Virus record (IMG/VR): IMGVR_UViG_3300009184_000029
Span: 1 to 64,000 of that record
Reading direction: 5' to 3' (one strand)
DNA length: 64,000 bases
Shown: piece after piece, positions 1 to 9,606 of the stretch
Layout: every line of letters starts with the position of its first letter
How positions within the stretch are numbered: position 1 is the first letter of the stretch
Translations under genes and position numbers: made by a program
Notes under the pieces: model-generated
Told to the model about the DNA's origin: nothing
What the model saw: only the letters and a program-made list of their open reading frames with translations
The model's database searches: none

Positions 1-1
1 C

Positions 2-277
2 CTAATTAGAAATGGTTTAAAGTATAACGACTCTGAAACAAAGTTTGTTGAGATATATTCTGAAGATAATTTAATTTTCATACAAGATAATGGTAGAGGA
101 ATTACCCAAGATGACTTTAATTATTTATGTAAACCTTATACAAGAAAGGAAGGGCAGAAAGAAGCTGGCACTGGTTTGGGATTAAATATTTGTGTGGCAA
201 TTTTGGAAGAACACGGGTTTCAAATTACTTGTGAGAAAAATGAGATTGGTACTAAAATGAAAATAAAAATAAAATAA
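2..277 (+). CDS. Sensor histidine kinase, C-terminal HATPase_c domain (5' truncated by window edge)
   Basis: Manual frame +2 translation LIRNGLKYND...IQDNGRGI...GTGLGLNIC...KIKIK*; N, G1 and G2 boxes present; directly upstream of a REC protein. Confidence 0.9.
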   Translation, partial: LIRNGLKYNDSETKFVEIYSEDNLIFIQDNGRGITQDDFNYLCKPYTRKEGQKEAGTGLGLNICVAILEEHGFQITCEKNEIGTKMKIKIK

Positions 278-286
278 AGAAAAAAC

Positions 287-718
287 ATGATTGATTCAAT
301 TTTGTTAGTGGATGATGAGGATTTGTTCCACTTGGTTTTTGAGGACAGTTGTTCCTTGTTAGACATTACATTGTCATTAAAGAGTTTGAATAGCTCTGAT
401 GAGGCGGCTAAATTATTTGCTGACTGGCAAAAAAATTCAGATGGAAAACCTGAGTGTGTGTTTGTTGATTTAAATATTATAGGTTCATCATTTGATGGTA
501 TTGAACTTATCCGTAAGGTTAATTTTGAATATGGTAATCACGTAGTGATTGGTATTATATCTTCAAGTAACGAACCTGAAGAACAGGCTAAGGCAATTCA
601 AGCTGGTGCTCAGTTTTGGATTATTAAATCAGATGACATTGAACCAAGATTAGAAGAGTTTAGAAAAGATTACGAAGGATATAAAAACAGAACCGCACCA
701 TTCAAAGTTTATAAATGA
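287..718 (+). CDS. Single-domain response regulator (REC, CheY-like)
   Basis: ILLVDDED acidic pocket, VFVDLN phospho-acceptor Asp, ISSS, IIKS conserved Lys. Confidence 0.9.
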   Translation: MIDSILLVDDEDLFHLVFEDSCSLLDITLSLKSLNSSDEAAKLFADWQKNSDGKPECVFVDLNIIGSSFDGIELIRKVNFEYGNHVVIGIISSSNEPEEQAKAIQAGAQFWIIKSDDIEPRLEEFRKDYEGYKNRTAPFKVYK

Positions 719-1401
719 TTGTTTTAGATAAAGATACAAAGAAAATATTGATGGAAACCTTGAAGACCAAGAACATTGGTCTTGAAGGTAACATTACTAA
801 ATTAATAGATGCTCAAGACGACGAAGAGTTTAAAGAGTATCTTAAAACTTGTATTGAAAAAGATATATCGTCAAGACGGAAACGTTTAGAGATAACTAAA
901 CAAGTTCAGGTTCAGAACAAAGATTTAACCACACTCAACGAGGAGAACCAAAGAATGATGGAAGAACTCCAAGAAACATTAAAAAATGTTGAGGAGTCAA
1001 AACTAACAGTTGAAGTTCAAAACAGAGAACTAAATGAATGGAAACAGGAGAATTTAAGATTAACTGAAGAACTTCAACAAGAGATGGTTAAATCAGAACA
1101 AGCCAGAGTTGCTGCGGAAAACGCAAAGAATGAAGCTGAAAATAATTTAGATTTAATTCAAAAGAAAACTCAATTTGAGTTGATTAACAATATTGTTAGA
1201 GTTGCTCTTTATGTAATCATTGGTGTTGGAACTATAACTACTGGAATATATGTTTATTCTATGACAATAGGGATGGATACAGACATCATCGGCTCCACTT
1301 GGAGTAATATGTTTGGTATCCTGTTAACAAACAGTTTTAGTATCGTGGGAACAATACTTGGGGTGAAGTATGGTGCGAGTCCTAACAAAGATGATAAATA
1401 A
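715..1401 (+). CDS. Coiled-coil protein with two C-terminal transmembrane helices
   Basis: Long Q/E/N/L heptad-rich stretch then two hydrophobic segments; ATGA overlap with the REC gene. Confidence 0.75.
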   Translation: MIVLDKDTKKILMETLKTKNIGLEGNITKLIDAQDDEEFKEYLKTCIEKDISSRRKRLEITKQVQVQNKDLTTLNEENQRMMEELQETLKNVEESKLTVEVQNRELNEWKQENLRLTEELQQEMVKSEQARVAAENAKNEAENNLDLIQKKTQFELINNIVRVALYVIIGVGTITTGIYVYSMTIGMDTDIIGSTWSNMFGILLTNSFSIVGTILGVKYGASPNKDDK

Positions 1402-1419
1402 AAAATAAAAATTAAAAAA

Positions 1420-1944
1420 ATGAGTAGATTAAAAAGAATGTTATTCGGAGAAACCCCTTATGTGAAGGTGGAAGATAAAAATCGTTTCTATTACATGCTC
1501 CAACAGATGCAAACAAATAGATGGAAGATTACAGGAATTGTATTGTTCTTGTTCTTCTTTATCATATTTGGTATCAACATGGCGGTAATGTTTAATATTG
1601 ATATTGCGGAAAACTGGAAGGAGATGTTATTAATCCTTTTGGGAGCATTCGTTGGTAATTTGAACAAAGTAGTTGATTATTGGTTTAACTCTGAAGACAG
1701 AGATAAGATGTTAATTCAAAAAGTTGATGAAGAAGACGGAAGTAGTTTATCTAATGTAAGTGAGTTCCCAACAACTCCAAGACCACCACAACCACCAATC
1801 GTTGTAGTTACACAAGTTAAAGAAGAAACTCCTGAAGTTGTAGAAGAAACCACAACTTATACTGAACCTGAAGTATATGAGGAGCCAATCGTTGAGGAAT
1901 ACCCAACAGAGGAACCGACACAAGAAGGTGAAGAAAATATATAA
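1420..1944 (+). CDS. Two-TM membrane protein with acidic Pro/Glu-rich tail (holin-like topology)
   Basis: Two hydrophobic segments (ITGIVLFLFFFIIFG; MLLILLGAFVG) then PPQPP/EE-rich tail. Confidence 0.65.
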   Translation: MSRLKRMLFGETPYVKVEDKNRFYYMLQQMQTNRWKITGIVLFLFFFIIFGINMAVMFNIDIAENWKEMLLILLGAFVGNLNKVVDYWFNSEDRDKMLIQKVDEEDGSSLSNVSEFPTTPRPPQPPIVVVTQVKEETPEVVEETTTYTEPEVYEEPIVEEYPTEEPTQEGEENI

Positions 1945-1960
1945 CAAATAAGGATTGTTG

Positions 1961-1990
1961 AAAACCCCACTTGAAAAGGTGGGGTTTTTT
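1961..1990 (+). terminator. Rho-independent terminator
   Basis: AAAACCCCAC-TTGAAAAG-GTGGGGTTTTTT hairpin plus U-tract after the two-component operon. Confidence 0.85.
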
Positions 1991-2005
1991 ATTTATATTA
2001 GCGTT

Positions 2006-2407
2006 ATGGAAAATAATAAAGACAGAAAATATTTGGGATATTTGATATGGTTAGTATTCGTACTGCTTACGACTCATATAATTTTTAAGATAAGAAATGA
2101 TATCCAAGAAAGAAACCAACAACTTGAAAAACAAAAGAATGAATTAAAAATTCAAAAAAATGTAGATGATACAGTTGTTTGTGATACAATGATTAGTCAA
2201 CAAACTGAATCTAAACCTTGGCCAATTAGAGTCCAAAGTGTTGAAAAATCAGATGAAAAGAACACACCTAAATGGCAAGTCATTGCTGAGAATGGTATAA
2301 TGTATTATACCAATAAAAAACCAAAGGTTGGTGATATTGCTTTCTATCTAAACGATAATGATGAGATAACTGACAAGTATGGAAATGGAGTGGAAAGAAC
2401 AAGATAA
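2006..2407 (+). CDS. Hypothetical membrane-anchored protein
   Basis: Start moved to MENNK because the ORF-track extension crosses the terminator; N-terminal TM helix. Confidence 0.65.
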   Translation: MENNKDRKYLGYLIWLVFVLLTTHIIFKIRNDIQERNQQLEKQKNELKIQKNVDDTVVCDTMISQQTESKPWPIRVQSVEKSDEKNTPKWQVIAENGIMYYTNKKPKVGDIAFYLNDNDEITDKYGNGVERTR

Positions 2408-2594
2408 GAATGATTTCATTGCTTTATATAAGAATTACATTCTTCGTGTAGAACAAATGGGTCCGCAGAAATGGTGGTGGGCTGTTTATAAAGATAACGA
2501 AGATTTATGTTATGATAACCCATTTACAAGAAATGCTGAATATGGAAAAAAACTCGCTGAAGAGTGCGTCAGAGAAGACGAAACAAATGGTTAG
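2379..2594 (+). CDS. Hypothetical phage protein
   Basis: ORF in co-oriented overlapping gene run. Confidence 0.6.
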   Translation: MEMEWKEQDKNDFIALYKNYILRVEQMGPQKWWWAVYKDNEDLCYDNPFTRNAEYGKKLAEECVREDETNG

Positions 2595-2718
2595 ATTCCC
2601 AAATGAAAGTATTCCATTTGAAATTGAATTAGATATGAATGAGTTTCATCTTGAGAAAGATTTTGGAGATGAACTATTTGGGTATTGGAGAGGTGTATAC
2701 ATATCAATAAAAAAATGA
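2587..2718 (+). CDS. Small hypothetical protein (MVRFPNES...)
   Basis: Start overlaps previous stop; fills gap in operon. Confidence 0.5.
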   Translation: MVRFPNESIPFEIELDMNEFHLEKDFGDELFGYWRGVYISIKK

Positions 2719-2942
2719 AGAAATATATCCACGTAAACCAACACAAGATAAGGTCCAACAAGAAGAATAACGAGTTAGAACCTGTTATAACCATTAAAGA
2801 AGGTAGAAAGAATACTTACTGTTCTGAAGTGGAAATCTTGGGACCTAGTCGTGTTGTGTATGGTGGTAATGAAAAGACATTACTATCTTGTGGTGCTCGT
2901 GTGATAATTGAAACTGAATCTGAAATAAACATAATACGATGA
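2715..2942 (+). CDS. Hypothetical phage protein (MKKYIHVNQH...)
   Basis: ATGA overlap with previous gene; IHVNQHKI...LSCGARVIIET motifs typical of a widespread small phage protein (recall). Confidence 0.65.
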   Translation: MKKYIHVNQHKIRSNKKNNELEPVITIKEGRKNTYCSEVEILGPSRVVYGGNEKTLLSCGARVIIETESEINIIR

Positions 2943-3035
2943 ATAGAAAAACTAATGAAACTGATTTGACAGGTTTGGTAATAATGATTATTATTTTTAC
3001 AATTACACTTTTTGTAACTTTATTCTCAGTTTAAT

Positions 3036-3533
3036 ATGGCAACACTTGAATCACAATATTGGAACTTTTTAGAAAAGAATCCATCATCTACTCTTACATT
3101 TGAGGAGTGGAAACAAAAATGGGCTGATGATATGGGACCCATATTTGAGAAATTAAATAATCCACCAATTGAATGGAACCTATATCAGAGATATGCTGAT
3201 AGTTTCATAGGTCACGAAGACATCCCAAGTTTTGAATGGTTTAAACACGAACTGGAACACAACGAAGAGTTCAGGGGGAAGTATGGGGATGTTGATTCTG
3301 TATATTGTCCTGTATGTTCGGGATGTGGTGAAGATGGTTGTTGTAATGCAACAATGTGTAAAATGAGTCCTGATGGGAGTTATTGTGAATCTTACTTAAA
3401 AGATTTGAAGGTTTCCTACAAAATGGACGAGTGGTTTATGTTGAACTTGTACGAATCATTGACCGAAGAACAACGGAAACAATACGATGAAGCTTACGAA
3501 CAAATATTAGATGAGGTATATGGAAAAAATTGA
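3036..3533 (+). CDS. Hypothetical protein with Cys cluster (CPVCSGCGEDGCC)
   Basis: ORF; Cys-rich putative metal-binding motif. Confidence 0.65.
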   Translation: MATLESQYWNFLEKNPSSTLTFEEWKQKWADDMGPIFEKLNNPPIEWNLYQRYADSFIGHEDIPSFEWFKHELEHNEEFRGKYGDVDSVYCPVCSGCGEDGCCNATMCKMSPDGSYCESYLKDLKVSYKMDEWFMLNLYESLTEEQRKQYDEAYEQILDEVYGKN

Positions 3534-3762
3534 TAAACTACACGAAGAACTTGAGAACTTTGAAATGGTTCGTTATAGAATGGAGGCTGAAGGTTTCCAT
3601 TATTGTTTCAAAAACTATTCATCATTCAAAGAAGTTGAGGATGAAAAGTTCCACGAATTGAGAAGAAAGTATTTGGAGATATCTAACGAGCTTGAGGAGT
3701 ATGTCCATTCAAAGATTAACACATTACGAGATGAAATTGATGGATTGGAAGACATCATTTAA
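3511..3762 (+). CDS. Hypothetical phage protein
   Basis: ORF overlapping previous gene. Confidence 0.6.
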   Translation: MRYMEKIDKLHEELENFEMVRYRMEAEGFHYCFKNYSSFKEVEDEKFHELRRKYLEISNELEEYVHSKINTLRDEIDGLEDII

Positions 3763-3863
3763 AATAGCTATACTACACCCATTCCAAATTGTGTGGAGTT
3801 TCTTTGACAACGACGCTCACCGTATTGTAAGTAAAAGAGGACAAGAAATATTAAATAAGGAAA

Positions 3864-4970
3864 ATGAATAAATTAGACCAACAATACCAAACATTACTCC
3901 AAACCATTTTAGATTTTGGGGTGGAGAAGAAAGACCGAACTGGTACAGGAACCAAATCAATTTTTGGTTATACCATTCGTCATAATATGAAAGATGGTTT
4001 TCCACTCCTCACAACCAAGAAGATGGCTTGGAAAACTATGGTAACTGAATTACTATGGTTTTTAAGAGGTGACACCAACATCAAATACCTTGTTGATAAC
4101 AATTGTCATATTTGGGATGGTGACGCTTATAAGAGGTATTCGGTTATTGCTGGAGTATCAACCCAAGTTGAGACATTAACACAAGAAGAATTCATCAACA
4201 AAATCAAAACAGATGATGAGTTTGCTAAGAAGTGGGGTGAATTAGGTCCAATTTATGGTAAGCAATGGAGAAGGTGGCATACAGGTTGGGATGTAGTTGA
4301 AGATAAGAGTAAAGAGGCTGGCGTAAGAAGGATTGAGTATGGGATAGACCAAATCGCAAACCTAATCAACGACCTTAAAACAAATCCAGACTCAAGACGA
4401 TTAATGGTTAATGCTTGGAATGTAGGTGAGATAGACCAAATGGTTCTTCCACCTTGTCATTATGGATTTCAAGTTTATACAAGAGAGTTGAGTTTGGAGG
4501 AAAGATTATTATTGGCAGATAAAATTTGTAAAGAAATTAGACAAGATTTATATACATACTCTTTCAATAACCCAATATATACTGGCGGTATAGACCAAAG
4601 ACCAGATGATGTAGAAAGACATCATTTACTAAATGACTTAAACATTCCAACAAGAGCAATCTCTTTAATGTGGAATCAACGTTCAGTAGATACATTCTTG
4701 GGTTTACCATTCAACATTGCAAGTTATGGTTTGTTATTAACTATGATTGCAGATGAAATGAATATGGTACCTGATGAATTGATTGGTAACTTGGGTGACA
4801 CTCACATTTACCTAAATCATATTGAACAAGCAAAAGAACAGATTGGTAGAGAACCATTTCCACTTCCTAAAGTAATAGTTCAAGATGGAATATTCTGTAG
4901 TTCAGTCAGTGATGTTATTTTGGAAAACTACCAATCACAACCATCAATTAAGGCACCGTTAAGTAATTAA
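3864..4970 (+). CDS. thyA: Thymidylate synthase ThyA with two in-frame insertions
   Basis: DRTGTGT, FPLLTTKK, ELLWFLRG, LPPCH catalytic Cys, QRSVD-FLGLPFNIASY, GDTHIY-NH. Confidence 0.97.
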   Translation: MNKLDQQYQTLLQTILDFGVEKKDRTGTGTKSIFGYTIRHNMKDGFPLLTTKKMAWKTMVTELLWFLRGDTNIKYLVDNNCHIWDGDAYKRYSVIAGVSTQVETLTQEEFINKIKTDDEFAKKWGELGPIYGKQWRRWHTGWDVVEDKSKEAGVRRIEYGIDQIANLINDLKTNPDSRRLMVNAWNVGEIDQMVLPPCHYGFQVYTRELSLEERLLLADKICKEIRQDLYTYSFNNPIYTGGIDQRPDDVERHHLLNDLNIPTRAISLMWNQRSVDTFLGLPFNIASYGLLLTMIADEMNMVPDELIGNLGDTHIYLNHIEQAKEQIGREPFPLPKVIVQDGIFCSSVSDVILENYQSQPSIKAPLSN

Positions 4971-4972
4971 TT

Positions 4973-5167
4973 ATGGATAACTTTAAACACATATTAAATC
5001 GTATTAAAACCCAATTGGATGAAGTTAATTACGACAACGGAGATGTCTCAGATATTGGAAATGAAATAGGTATTGTCTTGGGTGAGTTTATAACAACTGA
5101 AAGTGAATTAAAAGATTTCATACACGGAATAAGACATGGAATGTCATTAACAAATGGAACACACTGA
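4973..5167 (+). CDS. Hypothetical protein
   Basis: ORF in operon after thyA. Confidence 0.55.
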   Translation: MDNFKHILNRIKTQLDEVNYDNGDVSDIGNEIGIVLGEFITTESELKDFIHGIRHGMSLTNGTH

Positions 5168-5624
5168 TGATTTATGGTGTCAGCATTCTGATTTACCAAG
5201 CGTAATGTCTTACGATATGCCAAAAGAAAAAAAATACCCCGATAACGTTGTATGGAGTGAAGAACGTGGATACTACGCTCACCTACTACCATACGCAACA
5301 AATGTCGGAGCTCCTGTGATTATTCCTGATAATATATCAACTTGGAAGAACGAGAAGATACTAAAGACAAACCATTACTTCAATAAAAAGTATGAGGAAA
5401 TAAAGGAACAGTATAACAAATTAGTTGAAGAGTTTGAATGGAACCAAATGGTTTATTCTGCAAATTATAACTTTCAACCCATCATTGGTGAAAAATATTA
5501 CTTGTATCGTAGAAACAATGGTGAAACTTTCTTATCATTAATAAAACCAACAGAATGGAAACAAGAGTTCATCGGAGAATTTGAGTTAGATTCTGATAAT
5601 AAGTGGAAAAAATGTCAAAATTAA
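5154..5624 (+). CDS. DUF2452-like protein
   Basis: LLPYATNVGAPVI and VYSANYNFQPIIGEKYYLY motifs recalled from the Bacteroidota DUF2452 family; needs HMM confirmation. Confidence 0.6.
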   Translation: MEHTDDLWCQHSDLPSVMSYDMPKEKKYPDNVVWSEERGYYAHLLPYATNVGAPVIIPDNISTWKNEKILKTNHYFNKKYEEIKEQYNKLVEEFEWNQMVYSANYNFQPIIGEKYYLYRRNNGETFLSLIKPTEWKQEFIGEFELDSDNKWKKCQN

Positions 5625-6244
5625 ACGAAAACATTGAATTATTTAAGTGTTATGTAAGAGCGTCACACTTTACAAAAAATGAAGAAGATAAGGACACTTA
5701 TCACAAAGCTTATGCATTTGCTCTTCAATCATTGGCTGGTAAGATATTAACATTTCACGTAATGACTGATTATGGAATGTTGAGGTCAAGAGTTCCTATA
5801 TCTGAAATTTTTATAGAAATACCTAAAAATGATATTCCATTTGATTTTAAACAATTATGGGATTGTTTTTCTGAAAATGTAAGTGTAATTACCTATGATT
5901 ATCTTTATGAAAAAAGATGCCAGGTTGTTTTAAAAGACGGGTCAAAAGTATGGGCGACTTATCTAATGACTGTTGATTGGTATAGAAATCCATATTCTGA
6001 TGAACCTTCTGATTATAAATGTGGGCACATACTAATTGCTGATGATGGTTATTTACTTTGTCAACCTAACAACAGAATATATTGGAAGGATTCTAACTGG
6101 GTAACTAAACCATTTCCAATGGAACCATCAACTTTAAAGGTTGATACACATATTGAATCAGTTGAAGCTCAATCTGATAAATGGGTGTCTGAAGATTCAA
6201 ATAACTATTATTACGAAATAAAAAACATAGAGAATGGAAAATAA
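5612..6244 (+). CDS. Conserved hypothetical phage protein
   Basis: LWDCFS, TVDW, YKCGH, QPNNRI motifs recalled from a widespread aquatic phage family. Confidence 0.65.
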   Translation: MSKLNENIELFKCYVRASHFTKNEEDKDTYHKAYAFALQSLAGKILTFHVMTDYGMLRSRVPISEIFIEIPKNDIPFDFKQLWDCFSENVSVITYDYLYEKRCQVVLKDGSKVWATYLMTVDWYRNPYSDEPSDYKCGHILIADDGYLLCQPNNRIYWKDSNWVTKPFPMEPSTLKVDTHIESVEAQSDKWVSEDSNNYYYEIKNIENGK

Positions 6245-6437
6245 TAATTGGGAAGTAAAATGGGTGACAAACGAAATTGCCCGAGGTCTTGATTACTGGT
6301 CAAGACAAGAGAACGAGAGTATGTCGTTGTATAAAGTTGAGGTTGGAGGTAAAACAATTTCAATGGACGAAACTATGACAATCACTCCAATCACTTTAAA
6401 TGATAAAAGAATAAAAATTACTGTTACAGAGGAATGA
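6234..6437 (+). CDS. Hypothetical protein
   Basis: Overlapping ORF in operon. Confidence 0.55.
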   Translation: MENNNWEVKWVTNEIARGLDYWSRQENESMSLYKVEVGGKTISMDETMTITPITLNDKRIKITVTEE

Positions 6438-7303
6438 AAGGGATTGTACTAGCAGGGGGTTCAGGAACGAGATTACATCCGCTTACATTATCGGTAACCA
6501 AACAATTGTTACCTGTGTATGATAAGCCGATGATTTACTATCCGTTGGCGACATTGATGTCTATGGGTATAAATGATATTCTTATCATATCTACACCACA
6601 AGATGAACCATTGTTCCAAAATCTATTGGGTGATGGAAGTCAGTGGGGAATTAATTTAAATTATGAAATTCAGGAGAAACCAAATGGACTTGCTGAGGCG
6701 TTTATTATCGGTGAGAAGTTCATTGGTAATGATTCTGTTTGTTTAGTTCTTGGAGATAATATCTTCTATGGTATTGATACTGATAAGGTTAAGGAACAGA
6801 TTGAGAATTTGAAAGGTGGATTGGTGTTCGGTTATCAGGTTAATGACCCTGAAAGATATGGTGTGTTGTCTTTTGATAAGAAAGGTAATGTCATAGGTAT
6901 TCAAGAGAAACCCAAGAAACCAAAGTCAAACTATGCGGTACCTGGTTTATATTTCTTTGATAATTCTGTAATTAAAGTTGCATATAATGTTAAACCATCT
7001 GATAGAGGGGAACTTGAAATCACTGATGTAATTCAATATTATATGGATAACAGTTCACTTAAAGTTCATAAGTTACCACGAGGTGTTGCTTGGCTTGATA
7101 CAGGGACATTCGAGTCATTAAATCAGGCGGGACAATATGTTGAGACCATTCAGGAGAGACAAGGTCTAATGGTAGGATGTATTGAAGAAATTGCTTATCA
7201 AAACGAGTGGATTAACTCTGAAAAATTGGAGTTGATTTCTGAAAAATATAAAAAGAATTCTTACGGAAAATATTTGAAAAAGATAATATCTAATATTGAA
7301 TAA
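6434..7303 (+). CDS. rmlA: Glucose-1-phosphate thymidylyltransferase
   Basis: GIVLAGGSGTRLHP, KQLLPVYDKPMIYYP, LGDNIF, EKP, SDRGELEITD, AWLDTGT. Confidence 0.97.
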   Translation: MKGIVLAGGSGTRLHPLTLSVTKQLLPVYDKPMIYYPLATLMSMGINDILIISTPQDEPLFQNLLGDGSQWGINLNYEIQEKPNGLAEAFIIGEKFIGNDSVCLVLGDNIFYGIDTDKVKEQIENLKGGLVFGYQVNDPERYGVLSFDKKGNVIGIQEKPKKPKSNYAVPGLYFFDNSVIKVAYNVKPSDRGELEITDVIQYYMDNSSLKVHKLPRGVAWLDTGTFESLNQAGQYVETIQERQGLMVGCIEEIAYQNEWINSEKLELISEKYKKNSYGKYLKKIISNIE

Positions 7304-7329
7304 ACTAAGGATGTTACTATATTTTATCT

Positions 7330-7644
7330 ATGAAAATTTTTGGTTTTGATATCGGTAATCACGAAGTAAATTCTTACTTAAAGTCAGTATGGACTGACGA
7401 GACAATGCAATCTAACAGCTACAGACACTTGGGGTTTTTTACCTCACGTCATTTGAGTAGTATCTTCCGTAGTAAAAAGGAAGATGGTAAAAAAATGAGG
7501 TCCACCACATATAGTTTTGGTGTTGATTTAATTTGGGTTAGATATTGGATTGCGTTTAACATTGCTTCGGAGTACGTATACCAATCCACACCAAAAAGAA
7601 AGAATAAAGGTAAAACAAAAGATTTTGATTTTTATAATGATTAA
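7330..7644 (+). CDS. Hypothetical protein
   Basis: ORF in co-oriented run. Confidence 0.5.
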   Translation: MKIFGFDIGNHEVNSYLKSVWTDETMQSNSYRHLGFFTSRHLSSIFRSKKEDGKKMRSTTYSFGVDLIWVRYWIAFNIASEYVYQSTPKRKNKGKTKDFDFYND

Positions 7645-7646
7645 TT

Positions 7647-7820
7647 ATGAATAATGAAGAATTGGTGGAAGAACTATTATGGGCTTCTCATAAAAAGGGT
7701 ATTGGTAATGAAGTTTTAGATAAGGCGAAAGAGATTCAAACCTCAATAAGAATACCTTGGGTTGATTGTGTACAAAGGGCATACATGGAATTGGATGTGG
7801 ATAACTATGAAATGGATTGA
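7647..7820 (+). CDS. Small hypothetical protein MNNEELVEELLWASHKKG... (57 aa, not in ORF track)
   Basis: Manual translation; fills the gap between 7644 and glnII on the same strand. Confidence 0.55.
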   Translation: MNNEELVEELLWASHKKGIGNEVLDKAKEIQTSIRIPWVDCVQRAYMELDVDNYEMD

Positions 7821-7828
7821 TTAAAAAT

Positions 7829-8848
7829 ATGATATACAAATTAGAATATATTTGGTTAGACGGATATACACCTGAACCAAACATCAGAAGTAAAACAAAG
7901 ATTTATAATTCAGAATCTGAACCAAACTTAGAAGACTTACCAATTTGGAGTTTTGACGGTTCGTCAACTAAACAAGCTGAGGGTAAATACTCTGACTGTA
8001 TGTTGAAACCTGTTAAGATGATTCAGGACCCACAAAGAAAAAATGGTTATTTAGTTCTTTGTGAAGTATTAAATCCCGATTTGACACCTCACTCATCAAA
8101 TCACAGAGCTCAATTAAAAGATGACTCAAATACTTGGATTGGATTTGAACAGGAATATTTCATTTATGATGGAGAGTTACCTGTTGGACATAAAAAGGAA
8201 CTTATGAAACCACAAGGTGAGTATTATTGTGGGATTGGTAATGGTAATGTTTCAGGAAGAAACATTGTTGAACATCATTTGGATGTTTGTCTATCTTCAG
8301 GTCTTAATTTAACAGGTATAAATGCTGAGGTTGCACTTGGACAGTGGGAATTCCAAGTTATGGGAAAAGGAATATTAGATTCTTGTGACCAACTTATTCT
8401 TTGTCGTTTCTTATTACAACGATTAGGTGAGACTTACGGTGTGAAAATCAATTACCACCCAAAACCACTTCACGGAGATTGGAATGGTTCAGGACTACAC
8501 ACAAACTTCTCAACCAAGTATATGAGAGAAGTTGGAGGTAAACCTTACTTTGATATGTTATTCTTTGCAATGGAACAAAACCACTCAAAACACATTGAGA
8601 ACTACGGTTCAGATAATCAAATGAGATTAACTGGTGAACACGAAACACAATCTATTGATAAATTCAGTTGGGGTGTGAGTGACAGAGGAGCATCAATTAG
8701 AGTACCACAAACTACTGAGAAAAGTAATTGGAAGGGTTATATTGAAGATAGAAGACCTGCATCAAACGCCAATCCATATTTAATTGTGAAATCGATTTCA
8801 GAAACTGTTAATATGGTTGAGATGAATTTTAAAATGGTTAATGTGTAA
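7829..8848 (+). CDS. glnII: Glutamine synthetase type II
   Basis: KLEYIWLDG, IWSFDGSST, GFEQEY, GINAEVALGQWEFQ, DWNGSGLHTNFST, RLTGEHET, DRGASIRVP, EDRRPASN. Confidence 0.95.
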   Translation: MIYKLEYIWLDGYTPEPNIRSKTKIYNSESEPNLEDLPIWSFDGSSTKQAEGKYSDCMLKPVKMIQDPQRKNGYLVLCEVLNPDLTPHSSNHRAQLKDDSNTWIGFEQEYFIYDGELPVGHKKELMKPQGEYYCGIGNGNVSGRNIVEHHLDVCLSSGLNLTGINAEVALGQWEFQVMGKGILDSCDQLILCRFLLQRLGETYGVKINYHPKPLHGDWNGSGLHTNFSTKYMREVGGKPYFDMLFFAMEQNHSKHIENYGSDNQMRLTGEHETQSIDKFSWGVSDRGASIRVPQTTEKSNWKGYIEDRRPASNANPYLIVKSISETVNMVEMNFKMVNV

Positions 8849-9288
8849 TGGAGTTAATAACGACAACAATAATGAAAAAATCTGACGAGGGTGTTCACGG
8901 TAACATTTTTGGAGGAACTTTGATGTCTCTAATTGATGACTCGGCTGCATCATATGCTGCACAGATATGTGACACTTCAAGAATAGTGACAATTAAGATT
9001 GACGAGTTATTATTTAAGAGTCCTGTTAAAGTTGGTAGTTTACTTAAAATTTATGGTAAAGTTGAAAAGTTCGGGACCACCTCAATCAAATTGTATATTG
9101 AGGTACGTAAACATAATGTTCATACTGGTAAACAAGATGCTGTAACACAAACATTTATCACATTTGTGAGGATTGATGGGGATGGTAAAGCGATACCAAT
9201 CCACGAGTACGTTAAAGTGAGGTATTATGACAGGATGGAAAAATTTGGTAGAGGTCTTTTATCTTTAGAAGAGAAAGAAAAAGTTTAA
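8848..9288 (+). CDS. Acyl-CoA thioesterase (hotdog fold, YciA-like)
   Basis: HGNIFGGTLMSLID, VTIKIDELLFKSPVKVG, FVRIDGDGK. Confidence 0.88.
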   Translation: MELITTTIMKKSDEGVHGNIFGGTLMSLIDDSAASYAAQICDTSRIVTIKIDELLFKSPVKVGSLLKIYGKVEKFGTTSIKLYIEVRKHNVHTGKQDAVTQTFITFVRIDGDGKAIPIHEYVKVRYYDRMEKFGRGLLSLEEKEKV

Positions 9289-9291
9289 AAT

Positions 9292-9594
9292 ATGACACTT
9301 GAAAAAAATGAATTATTTTTTTTGAAATGTGTTAAAGAAAAGGTTTTAGAAAAACACAATCTACCTTACCAATGTTTGTCAATTGAATTTCATGATGATA
9401 GTTTATATAAACTATATTTTATTATGAAAAACTTCCCAATGGAAGTATATCTATATCGATATGACATTATTGATGAAATTGAAAGCTTGATTAAATTTTA
9501 TTGTAAGGTGACAACTAATAAAAAAATAATGCATATGAAAGTTTACGTTGATTACAGAAGTCCTAAAGGTAATCTTTTAAATTTTGTAATATAG
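9292..9594 (+). CDS. Hypothetical protein
   Basis: ORF. Confidence 0.5.
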   Translation: MTLEKNELFFLKCVKEKVLEKHNLPYQCLSIEFHDDSLYKLYFIMKNFPMEVYLYRYDIIDEIESLIKFYCKVTTNKKIMHMKVYVDYRSPKGNLLNFVI

Positions 9595-9606
9595 TTTGAT
9601 ATAAAC

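Noticed and set aside
3864-4970. Group I intron or intein in thyA (by analogy with T4 td)
   Set aside because: Insertions are short, in frame, and lack intron core or intein terminal motifs.
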